A DNA stretch of 64,000 nucleotides from Felis catus (taxonomy: Eukaryota), in contig NC_058368.1 of assembly GCF_018350175.1 (NCBI RefSeq), forward strand, positions 97,032,001 through 97,096,000, written 5' to 3'. The notes beneath the pieces were generated by a model that was given only the letters and a program-made list of their open reading frames with translations, was not told the origin of the DNA and did no database searches. Below, piece after piece: positions 24,017 to 34,860 of the stretch. Position 1 is the first letter of the stretch. Every line of letters begins with the position of its first letter. A program made the translations under genes and the position numbers.

Positions 24017-24244
24017 ATTTATTTTTTTTTTATTTTTTTTTCAACGTTTATTTATTTTTGGGACAGAGAGAGACAGAGCATGAACGGGGGAGGGGCAGAG
24101 AGAGAGGGAGACACAGAATCGGAAACAGGCTCCAGGCTCCGAGCCATCAGCCCAGAGCCTGACGCGGGGCTCGAACTCACGGACCGCGAGATCGTGACCT
24201 GGCTGAAGTCGGACGCTTAACCGACTGCGCCACCCAGGCGCCCC
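24017..24244 (-). mobile_element. Very young felid SINE (SINEC_Fc-type)
   Basis: CpG-rich, little apparent decay; TSD AATTTAAATGTATTT at 24002-24016 and 24246-24260. Confidence 0.97.
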
Positions 24245-24453
24245 AAATTTAAATGTATTTAAATTTAAATACATTAAATCCTAGAAAAGTAGAATGAGGT
24301 GAAAGACTTTCAAACGTAACAATGTATTATGTTAGAATACATTTCTGTGAACAATACAACAATACGATTCCTAGCACAAGAAGACATGATGCAAGATTCC
24401 CTGCTGTTACAAAAAAGATTCTTCATGCACTTTATAAAAAAAAATGATGGCGA

Positions 24454-24680
24454 GGGGGCGCCTGGGTGGCTCAGCCAGTTGAGCGTCCAGCTTCGGCTCA
24501 GGTCATAATCTTGTGGTCCATGGGTTCAAGCACCTCATCAGGCTTGACAGCTCAGAGCGTGGAGCCTGCTTCGGATTCTGTGTCTCCCTTTCTCTCTGCC
24601 CCTCCCCTGCTTGCACTCTGTCTCTCTTTCTCTCTCTCTCAAAATAATAAATAAATTAACATTTAAAAAAAATTTTTTTA
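24454..24680 (+). mobile_element. CAN-SINE
   Basis: GGGGGCGCCTGGGTGGCTCAG head, CT-rich region, A tail. Confidence 0.95.
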
Positions 24681-25039
24681 GATGATAGTGAGAATCAAAT
24701 TACTATAGCATTCCTATTTGTCGGGTACCTTTAGAAGAGTCATCTAAAGTTTATTTTCAGATGTCAATATTTGCCAAATAATCAAAATTATATACTTTGG
24801 AACATTTAAATATATAATGAAAAATTTTAAGTGATAATGTAAAAATATGAAAGTAGGACTTAACCTGAAGAGTATTATCACATAATATCTACATATCTGA
24901 GAGAGAGAGGCAGAGACAGAGAGAGAAGAAAAAATGTTTGCAAGCCTCTATACCTGCTGGGTGATTGACAGGCCATCACTGACATCCACCTAGAGGATGA
25001 AATACTGTGGCCTTTTAGTCTAGAAAAACTAAAGAATTG

Positions 25040-25256
25040 TTTTTAAATATTTATTTATTTTGAGAAAGAGAGAGAGAAGGAGAGAGGCCAAGAGAGGGAG
25101 AGAGAGAGAGAGAGGGAGAGAGAGAGAATCCCAAGCAGGCTCTACACCACCAGCACAGAGCCCAAAGCTGAACTCAAACCCACGAACTATGAGATCATGA
25201 CTTGAGCCGAGACCAAGAGTCGGACGCTTAAACCGACTGAGCCACCCAAGCGCCCC
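25040..25256 (-). mobile_element. CAN-SINE
   Basis: TSD TAGAAAAACTAAAGAATT / TAGAAAGACTAAAGAATT. Confidence 0.95.
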
Positions 25257-27320
25257 ATAGAAAGACTAAAGAATTTTATGTTGACATTTGTTTTCTCAAA
25301 AGAGCCAATATAAATAATTCAGAGTAAGTGGAGTCAACCTCCACTTACTACAGCCAAACCAGGAGATCTGACGTAACACGAGTCACTGATGGCTTAGACC
25401 CCGCTAGTTTCGACAAACACCCACGAGGGGTCCCATACTATAAGAACAGAGAGTAGGCCAAAATATAGGTAAAGCCAACTGAAACATCAGACTTACCAAG
25501 AAGAAATGTGGCTATGAACTTCTACACAAAAGGCCATTTAAAGATGTCAAGATAGAATGTCTCCTACAGTCAGGGATGAATGTGATAGTCTTGCTTCTTT
25601 TATTTCTGAACATCTCAGCTTAGCTCTCAGACCCTCCTGGTGGAAAGCTGAGCATGTCAGTTCCAATACCCCGGCCCCATCCCCCCCTCCCTGGCACAGA
25701 CTCATTTGGATACACATGAAGTCCTGATTGCCTCTCACCTCTCCTTCTTTTCTCCCTGGGGGTGATCTATGCCCCGTGTACGATCTGCCGGCACCAGGGG
25801 GAATGGGAAAACATGGCCATGACAATTCTTTGCCCACACTGGCCTCTGCTAAGATGTAATTTGTCTCATCTGGATCTCAGTGTTCCGTACTGGCATCCAG
25901 TGTGAAGTCCACAATCCCACCATTGCCTTAGAGGGCCAGGTCCAGCTCTCCGAGTTCTTCTCAACCTAAAGTAGGATTGGGCAAACACTGCATATATCAC
26001 CAGGGAAATGCCATATATGGCTTGCATTCATGAGGACTCACACACGAAGCAGGAATTGGATTAGGCATTCTCTTTCATTTATGAAAATCAACACCTTAAC
26101 ATCTACAGAAATGGCTACTAGCTGTTCCCAAATAAACCCAGACTTGCCCAAAAACATCTTGAAACTTCAGAGAGCCCCAAACCATATACTCTAACATCAC
26201 AGTGAACATGAATTCCATAGGAGGCAGGGGGTGTCACCACTTTCAAAGTCAGAAATCCAGTCTTAAAATGGCCTATTCTGCCTTTCGTGTCCCTTCCCAC
26301 TGAAACACCATAATTACCATGCCTGCCCACAGTTTTTGCTTCCTCGCCCTGCCTCATGAAGGCCCTCAGAGCTTCCCCTAACTGTTCCTGTGTGTCCTAC
26401 TGTGCTCTCCCCAGGGGTCTGTGGTCTAACAAAACTGTAAAACTCTGGTTTCTCTCTCTTCATCCGCATCTGGCCTCACCTTACCTCACTCAAGGTAATA
26501 TGCTTAAAACAAAGATGGGGTCAGTGGTTCCAGGGTCCAAGGCTATGAGAGAGGGGCAGTTACCTAAAGAAAAGGGAGGTTCTATTAGAAAAAAAAAAGT
26601 GTTGGGGAGAGGTGGGAGGGTGTCGAGGGGCCAAACAGTATCCAGTCCGAGAAGAGGGAACTGAGGCAGAGACCAATTTCACATCCCTTACAGTGCTGTT
26701 AGGAAGAAAGAAAAAAAAGCCTGTGGGCTAAAAATTAAATGGTGAAAAGAAACAGGTAAATTAAGCAAATTGGTCGTTCACTGAATTGTCATTCAGCAAA
26801 TTAACCTAGAACGGACATAATTGGCAATAAAGAAGGAGTGGAATTAACGAAGATTTCGTAATTGTCCCTGAGGGATGACCTAACAATTGTAAATGCTAGA
26901 AGTCATTGTAAACAAGCCTTTTAAAGATCACTTTTAAAGCAATCCAGTGATTGTCCAGAGTGCGGCCATCATAAATACATACTCATGGGACGAATGAGGG
27001 GGGGGAAAAAAAAACCTATCCTAATGTTACACAAATGGGTTCCAGTGGCTCGGGATAAATTTCCAGCGACAGCATCATGCATGATTCACAAAGTGCTGTA
27101 TGTCAAACAACTTAGATAGAAGTGAAGGTGACATGGCTCACAAAACCACATTAGGGAACTCAAAAAATGGCTCTCGCGGTGACGAAGACACGAGGTCAAG
27201 GATGAAATGAAGAGCATGGAAACAATGAAAGTAGAAGAAACCACGTCTCCACAGTCACACTGTTTTGTACGATGTGACTGTAAACATGTAGCATGCCTAC
27301 ATTAAATACCATACTAGGCT

Positions 27321-27536
27321 CTTTTCTTTTTACCTTCATTTATTTATTTTGAGAGAGACAAAGAGAGCGTGAGCAGGGGAGGGGCAGAGAGAGAGGGAGA
27401 CACAGACTCAGAAGCAGGCTCCGCACTGTCAGCACGGAACCCGATGCACGGCTCAAACTCATGAAACCATGAGATCATGACCTGAGCTGAAACCAAGAAT
27501 TGGACATGTAACCAACTGAGCCATGCAGGTGCCCCC
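27321..27536 (-). mobile_element. CAN-SINE
   Basis: Canonical antisense text; CTAGGCTC flanks both sides. Confidence 0.95.
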
Positions 27537-27749
27537 ATATCTAGGCTCCTGACTGTCTCATCTATAGCTCTTCAAGTTTACTTATTCCTGTTTGAGAAAA
27601 AAAAAAAAAAAAAACATAGATCTTCTCACTGAGAAAAGAGAAGATTGGGGCCACCTTACAGATGGAAGTTTATGGCCAGTGGTGAGTAGGAATGACTACT
27701 GTTGTCCTAGGAGACCAAATGACAAAGCGTAGCATGTGGCCTGGACAGC

Positions 27750-28370
27750 CAGCAAGGCAGCTCTGAAGAAACACATCTTAAGCTGCTGGCAAGAAGCAGG
27801 TGAGTCAGGGGATTGTGAAGGATGTTCCAGGTAAAGTCCCAAGTGGGTAGAGTCCTGGAAGGAAGAGGACCAGCACTAGGAAATCAGAGGGAAGTGGCTG
27901 CAACAGAGATAATGAAGAGCAAGGTGAGGCTGGGGTGTCTGTCAAAGGACAGACAGTGCACAGCCAGGGAGGGACGCTAATCGTTTTGTTTTCACCTGAG
28001 GATGAAGCGATAAAGGGGTGACTATTGCAGTAAGATGCAATTGTAAGAGACGGCGGCATCTTCATAGAGCAGAGCCAGACCCCAGGCCACATAGGGCCCC
28101 ATGAGCCAAGGTATGGACTTAATGTATTTGGGGTTTGGTTTTGCTTCAGTCTGGTTTTTTACTTTGTTTTGCTGAAGTGCAAAGGGTAGCCATTGAAAGG
28201 TCATGAATATTAAAATGAAATGTATCTGACTTGGGTCTCTAAAACAGCAGTCAGGTTGCCGACATGGACAGCGAAAGGGCAAGAGTTGAAAAAGGAAGAA
28301 CAACTGGGTGGTTATTCTCCTGGTCCCGTACTACAGGAGGTGCGTGGTCATGGCAGAAGTGAAAACGAGT
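27750..28370 (-). mobile_element. L2 remnant
   Basis: Purine-rich L2-antisense motifs (GCAGAGCCAGA...GGGCCCCATGAGCCAAGG...GGGTAGCCATTGAAAGG...ATCTGACTTG). Confidence 0.55.
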
Positions 28371-28420
28371 AAATGCACTGACCAGAGGGAAGCAGTCTGA
28401 AAGATGCCTCCTATTTCCCC

Positions 28421-28519
28421 ATCACCAGGATGCTGGTAGGTTTCACTTCACGGACACATATCACCAGCATGCTGGTACATTTCACGGGAACATATCACCA
28501 GGATGTTGGTACGTTTCAC
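28421..28519. repeat. Three-copy ~34-39-bp minisatellite with a palindromic core
   Basis: ATCACCAG(G/C)ATG(C/T)TGGTA..TTTCAC at 28421, 28460 and 28494. Confidence 0.9.
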
Positions 28520-30859
28520 AAAAACAGAGAACATTGGAAGGGAACTAGCTTTGGGCAGAGAAAATCCCAAGAGAGAACAGAGCCTAATGAAGTGGCAAGA
28601 GGATGCCTGCCTTTGTATCTTTCCTTCAGTGACAAGATGGACAATAACATGTTAATGTCCCGTCTATTATAGGCGTGGAAACTTTTATGTTCCACATGCT
28701 GTGTAAACAAAGGAAAGTTCCAAAATACATTTCAGAATCACCCAATTTGCTCCCTGGGATGTGGAGCTTACATTAATGGTCACCTGATGTTTTGGGGAAG
28801 AAAGGAGGTATTTAAGGTGCATTGAAGGAAGCCCCATGGTCACCACCACGTGATGGTGCACTGTTGGACACCAGGGGATCACGAGGCTGACCCTGGGATC
28901 CTGAATTATTAAGTACAGAAAGATTAAAACCACTATGGCTCATGAGAGTGGACCTCCTCATATCAGACTCGAAAAGACAATGTCTTTTTTCAGAAGAGAA
29001 GACTGGTCTTGATATAAAAACCTAGTACACGAAAAGGATGTGTTCTGTTTATTACCTGTTCTGATGGCTTCACGTGTGGTTCAGTATTTCTCCTCCATAT
29101 TGTAAGATGGAGCCTTGGGAACAGATGGATAATGTCTTTGCCCACATCACTGGAACCGGCAGTGAGCCAGCACAAACACCAGGGACCAGCACCCACTCAG
29201 AACCCCAGGCTATATCACTCACACAGATGCTGAGCAGACAACTCCCAATATGGAGAAACACATAGATTTGGCTAAATGCCTTTTCCTATGGAAGGAAGAA
29301 GGGAGGAAGCGCCTTTGAGATACATTCAGCAAACAAGGAGTTAAGTGTTCCGGGCCATCTTCCCTAATGTGCAGGTAGTGACAGAGTCAAGGAGGTCACC
29401 ATGGATACATCTGGCTGCATCTGCCTGAGTTATTTGTATTGAACAGATTGCTACAGGGTGTTTTTTTTCTGGTCTCATTATGTGTGTGTAATGCCAATTA
29501 AATAACAGGAATGAAAATTAAAAAGGAAAATATCTGCCCCTGCTGGGTTTAATCTCATTAGTGCAAAGTCAAATGATTAGTCCTAAAAAGGGCTCCAATG
29601 GGCAGCAAAGACCGCATAAAAGTTGCAAGTATCTTTTGCATCACAATGAGAAAATGGATCAGAATTGCTCACTCTGTTGAAGACTCCAGAGCCATTCCTA
29701 TAATAAGACCGTGTTATGGCTTTGGGTAGCGTCGTGTCTCTACCTAACGCAGGAGACACATCTAACCGCCCAGCAGGAAGACTACCATGACATATCCCAA
29801 ACTTCAAATCCATAACATGAAACTACCGTGTCAGGCATTTTAAGGACAGGTGTCATGTTTCCCTGGGTTGATTGTGAACTCCGAAAGATGCTTACTTTAC
29901 AGTGCTCAGGGCTTACATAATCTTCATGCATCAGACTTTTTTCCTAATTAACCAAACCAGCCAGCTATAAATTTGCCAGCAGCACTGGGTAGCTCTTGGA
30001 GGAAAAAAAAAAAAAAAAAAAAAAAAAAGCAAAATGTAAGGGTCTGTCCAATTTAAGCCTCAGAGTGCATTTAAAATGAAGGGTTTGAGCAGCTGGGAAG
30101 TACAACAGCAGGCTGCTGGGCCTTAGCAAAGCCTCAGGTGGAATACCAAATTTTCCCTTCCTTCAGAAAGTTTCAGAAATGTCAGCGACAGCTGTTTCGA
30201 ATCAAGATGATTCAAGAAGAAGAGTTGGAAGAGTAGACGATGCAAAAAAAAAAAATGGCCAAGCTCAGAAAATCTTCTTCAGTGACACCAGGACACAGAG
30301 CTTTACTTTCAAAGTGCTTTTATATTTTATCCCATTTTTGCGTTCACCCTGAGAAGCAGAGAAAACAGGAATCACACTAATATTTCAGGTGCAGAAGGTG
30401 GCACACGGATACGGACCCCAGACATGTTGATCCTCTTTAGTGTATGGCCCCACTGAGCTGACCACTCCCAGGAAGCCAGCAAATGTGCAGAACATAGGAA
30501 GTACCCACCTAGGAAAAAAGCCACCCGAGGTAAGGAATGTCCACCATGCCCTCGAGCGACGCTGAAAATGAGTTCCTTGCCTACCCAGGATAGAGAAAAT
30601 GAGACATTATCCCAGGCCCTGACCAGTGAAAAGTAATCTTCCTGATCAAACAACCTTTAACAGGGGTCCAGAGTTAGGCCTCTGGGGTTCTCTGAATTCC
30701 CCATAACTGTTGTGCAAAAGAATGAAGTGTGTAGTGTGTGTGTGTGTGTGCGTGTGTGTGTGTGTGTACCACACACGAACACCTGCGATAATTCATAAGG
30801 TTAATTTTCATCAAATTTTCTACCTTTATGACCTGTAAAAGGTTAAGAATCCTGATTGT

Positions 30860-31100
30860 GAGGCACCTGAGTGGCTCAGTTGGTTGAGAGTCCAACTCTT
30901 CATTTCGGCTCAAGTCATGATCCCAGCATCGTGGGATCAAGCCCCACACTGAGCTCTGTGCTGAGCATGGAGTCTGCTTGGAGATTCTCTCCCTCTCCCT
31001 CTGCCCCTCTCCCCCACTGGCTTTCTTTCTCTCTCTAAAAAAATAATAAATAGATCAATAAATAAACAAATACTTAAAAAATAAATAAGAGTGTAAAAAA
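30860..31100 (+). mobile_element. CAN-SINE
   Basis: Head, CT-rich region and tail; TSD AAGAATCCTGA / AAGAATACTGA. Confidence 0.93.
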
Positions 31101-31602
31101 AAGAATACTGACCTCTATAGATGAAGGGGACCCCACATTTATTTTGATGAGCCTGAAAAAAAAATTAGAATTGTTTGCCTTAGTGTGGAATTAGGAATGG
31201 GGATGACAGAAGGGCCCTGGATGATGCACCAAAATTCTAGTCATCAAAACTGGAGCATGGTTAACTCTTAAAGGCAATGGAAAGCCCAGAGGCAGGACAC
31301 TCTCAAGGGGAGGCAGTGCTCTGGATGGGAAGATCATAGAGTATTGGATGTAGATAGATATATATTTGCCAACACCAACCATGTGATCTTGGCCAAGGTA
31401 TTCCACATCACTTATGTTCAGTTTCCTTCTTTTTGAAATAATAAAAATGTGAAAATAATCAGTCCAATCACTCAGTATTGTTTCAAGGATCCAATGATAG
31501 GATATAGGTCAAGTTCCTAGAAAATAGAAGACCCTCAGTAAATTCTGGTTCACTTCCCATCCCCTTCTTGGGAAGCTTGATAAATGATAATAAAAACAAG
31601 TA

Positions 31603-31770
31603 GGAAGGAAGGAAGGAAGGAAGGAAGGAAGGAAGGAAGGAAGGAAGGAAGGAAGGAAAGAAGGAAAGAAGGAAGTGAGGGAGGATGGGAGAGAGGAAGG
31701 AGGGAGGGAGGTGGGGGGAAGGGGAAAGGAGAGGAGGGGAAGAGAGGAAAGGAGAGGAGGGGAGGGAAGA
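31603..31770. repeat. (GGAA)14 microsatellite and purine-rich tract
   Basis: GGAA x14 at 31603-31658 followed by G/A-rich sequence. Confidence 0.97.
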
Positions 31771-32908
31771 GTTGAGTTGAGTTGACTCTGCTTCTGGTCT
31801 AGAAAAATTATAAGGAATCAAAAGAGAGTCAACATGTAGCTGGTCAAGACAATAGAGACAGGGACAACACAGGGATTACACAGAATGAACCAAGCATGAA
31901 CAGAGCCTCAGATATCCTTGCACCAGCCCCGAGACATGGGAACTTGGACAGCAGGACTCAAATCCAAACTTTGGGGTTCCTAGTCCAGTACTCTTCCTGT
32001 TATTTCCCCTTAAATCCTGCTCCCATGGATCTTTGTTCCACGTTTGTGTTCCGTCCCTTTGTACTTAATTATAAGCCAAAACACTGTGTGTAATTAAATG
32101 AGTAGATCTATTAGCTGTAAACAACAAAAGGTAAATGTATAGCTATAAAATAATATCCATATCACAAGCCAAATGTCAGAGCAAAATGAATGAGCCAGCG
32201 AAGAGATTATCAACACCTGTAAATAATGTCATGTGGATGGTGGTCCCCCATTATCAGGGGGAGGACACCAGGCTGAAAAGACCTTTGACAGGTACCCTTC
32301 CTCCTCAACCCAGCAGTGGTGGCTGGGGGTAAGCCAGTACAGGACTTTGCAACACTGCCTGCTGTCTGTGCCCTGGATCCCCTAGGATCATTCTGATTCT
32401 AAATTACATAATGTGGCAGTCCTCTTGACTTCCTTTCCAGAGCAGTAGAAGCTAGAAGGACATTGACATTGGGCCTCACAGCAGTTAAAGGCCAAGAAAC
32501 TGCCCCTGGATGGGTCTGATAGTGAGAGAAATCTCCCCTTGACCAAGAGAAAGAGACAGTGGAGGGCATGACCAGGAGCCCTGGCTTCATGGCTTCTAAA
32601 GAGAATACAGCAGGGTAAGCACTCAGGTACAGATCAAGAATGTGTCCCCACACACTGTCAAGGTGAATTTCTTTTTCTTTGTCAAGATAGCTAACACATG
32701 ATGAGATGATTTAGAAAGCTTTTTAAAAAATAAACAAAATAAAGACACAGCCTTTCTTTTTCTCCCTCTCTCCATATTCTGAGAGTTTTTTTGCTTTAAC
32801 CCATGCATGCTGGTATACTTAAACTTCATCTGCACATCTCTTTAAATACTTCTTCTGGGAAACAACCAATTGGCCCATCAGTAGAATAATGGACAAATTG
32901 TGCTTTAT

Positions 32909-32998
<90 letters not shown>

Positions 32999-33009
32999 GA
33001 TAGATAGAT
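32909..33009. repeat. (GATA)n tetranucleotide STR
   Basis: Two GATA blocks with small interruptions. Confidence 0.98.
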
Positions 33010-33072
33010 CCAGTCAACATTCACTGTCCTACCTTATTGAGAGGAACAATAAGATAGAATAGAAATAGCATT

Positions 33073-33325
33073 GGGGCACCTGGGTGGCTCAGTCGGTTGA
33101 GCGTCCAACTTTGGCTCAGGTCATGGTCTCATGGTTCATGAGTTTGAGCCCCACGTCAGGCTCTGTGTTGACAGCTCAGAGCCTGGAGCCTGCTTTGAGT
33201 TCTGTGTCTCTCTCTACTCTCTGCCCCCACCCCACTTGTGCGCTCTCTCGCTCTCTCTCTCTCTCTCCCTCCCTCCCTCTCTCCTTTCTCTCTCTCAAAA
33301 ATAAATAAACATTAAAAAAATAAAA
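33073..33325 (+). mobile_element. CAN-SINE
   Basis: Canonical; TSD AGAATAGAAATAG / AGAATAGAAACAG. Confidence 0.96.
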
Positions 33326-34548
33326 AGAATAGAAACAGAATAACAGTTACATTCTTTCCTAAATATCTGTGGATCCTCACCTCTCCCAGCTCCTACAAAT
33401 GCACAGAAACACAGCCTACTCTGGAATTAAAATGACCTCGTGGTAACCAATGTGAGCAACATTGTTTATTTCTCTGCTGTCAGAGTATGAAAACGGCAGA
33501 GGGACAGAGCCTAACAAGATTTCCATAGGGAAGAAGAAGGAGTCCAAGAGTGCTGGATTCCCCAAGAAGTGGGGTGGAGGCAGAGGACATAATGGCGAGC
33601 ACAGTCTACCAGCGGGTGTAGTGATGATGGAAACCACCAACCAATGGGCAAAGGGTGGAGGGAAGCTCTACTGCCTGTCTCCATACACCCTCTACAAATA
33701 AGGGGGCCTGGGCACCCTGTCTTGTTCCCCTTTCTCTAACTGCCCTAGTCTCGGCACTCTAATACACTTGGATACTTCCTACCAGGTGAGACTGAGAGAA
33801 AGTCACTGTTCCACATTTTGTCTTGTTGTGTCACTCCGTACAATACACAGAAACTCTCCACCCCATCTATTCTGGCACCCCACAGGGAAAGTTTGACACG
33901 CCGTGCTTTCTGATTTGGAAATCGATGTCCTGAAAGCAAACAAGTATTTTCTCCCTTGCACACAGCAGGTGCTTAAGGAAATATCCACAGCCTGGGTCAG
34001 GTGGGCGGTAGCTTTTGTGTCCAAACACTCCGACATCAGTTCAACTGCGATCTCTGTGGAGCCAAAGAGGATCCCTTAGACCCCACGTGAGATTTCGCAA
34101 CAGAAATCCCACACTCAGCAAACCCGCCACAGATTCGCCTCCAACAAGAAAATGATTGTGTCACGTTTGGCCGCAGAGAACAATGAGGTCTCTGTGCTCA
34201 ACTGTGAAATGTCCCACCAGGAAATGCCAATGCAGCTGGAGGGCCCAGGCCTCTCCTCAACACTTTGAATCCTTTTTGGAAACGGGGAATAAATTATATA
34301 CAAAGTAAACAAAGGGAAACTTATCCAACGTGTCACATTGGGGAAAGAGGCGGAGGCCTCGGGAAATTAGCCTAGGCCTTCAGGTAAGGAATCGTAATCA
34401 TTCCACGGCCGCTAAAAATGTTTCTGGGGCTGCAAAGTCACGCAGCCGCTGACAAACATGAACTTTGGTGGCCTTGGGCATGACAGAACAGCGAATGCCT
34501 AGTGTTTGAGATAAGGACAAGCGCAACCACAGCCCTTTTTGAAAAACC

Positions 34549-34608
34549 TTTTTTTTTTTTTAATTTGAGTAAGTGGACACACAATGCTATGTTAGCTTCA
34601 AGTTCAAC
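34549..34608 (-). mobile_element. Very short L1 3'-end fragment (older carnivore L1)
   Basis: Poly(T) followed by GGACACACAATGCTATGTTAGCTTCAAG, resembling antisense L1 3' ends. Confidence 0.5.
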
Positions 34609-34699
34609 GACACTTTTTGAGCCCTTCCTCTAAGGCAGAAATACTCAAGACTATTTCCGATACACGTTCAATACATCCTGGATATACAACTACAGTTAT

Positions 34700-34860
34700 T
34701 AAACTTACTTAATTCTCACAACAACTTTATGAGATAGGCCTTTTAAGGAACAGAGAGGTTAACTCACTTGGCCAGAATCACACAGCTAACAAGCATCAGA
34801 GCCACATTTCAAAGCCAGTCCAGCAGTCTGATGCCAGAGGTATGTTTTAATCTACCATAC
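34700..34860 (-). mobile_element. MIR remnant
   Basis: TAATTCTCACAACAAC..ATGAG...CAGAGAGGTTAA..CACTTG.CCA..ATCACACAGCTAA MIR core. Confidence 0.75.
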
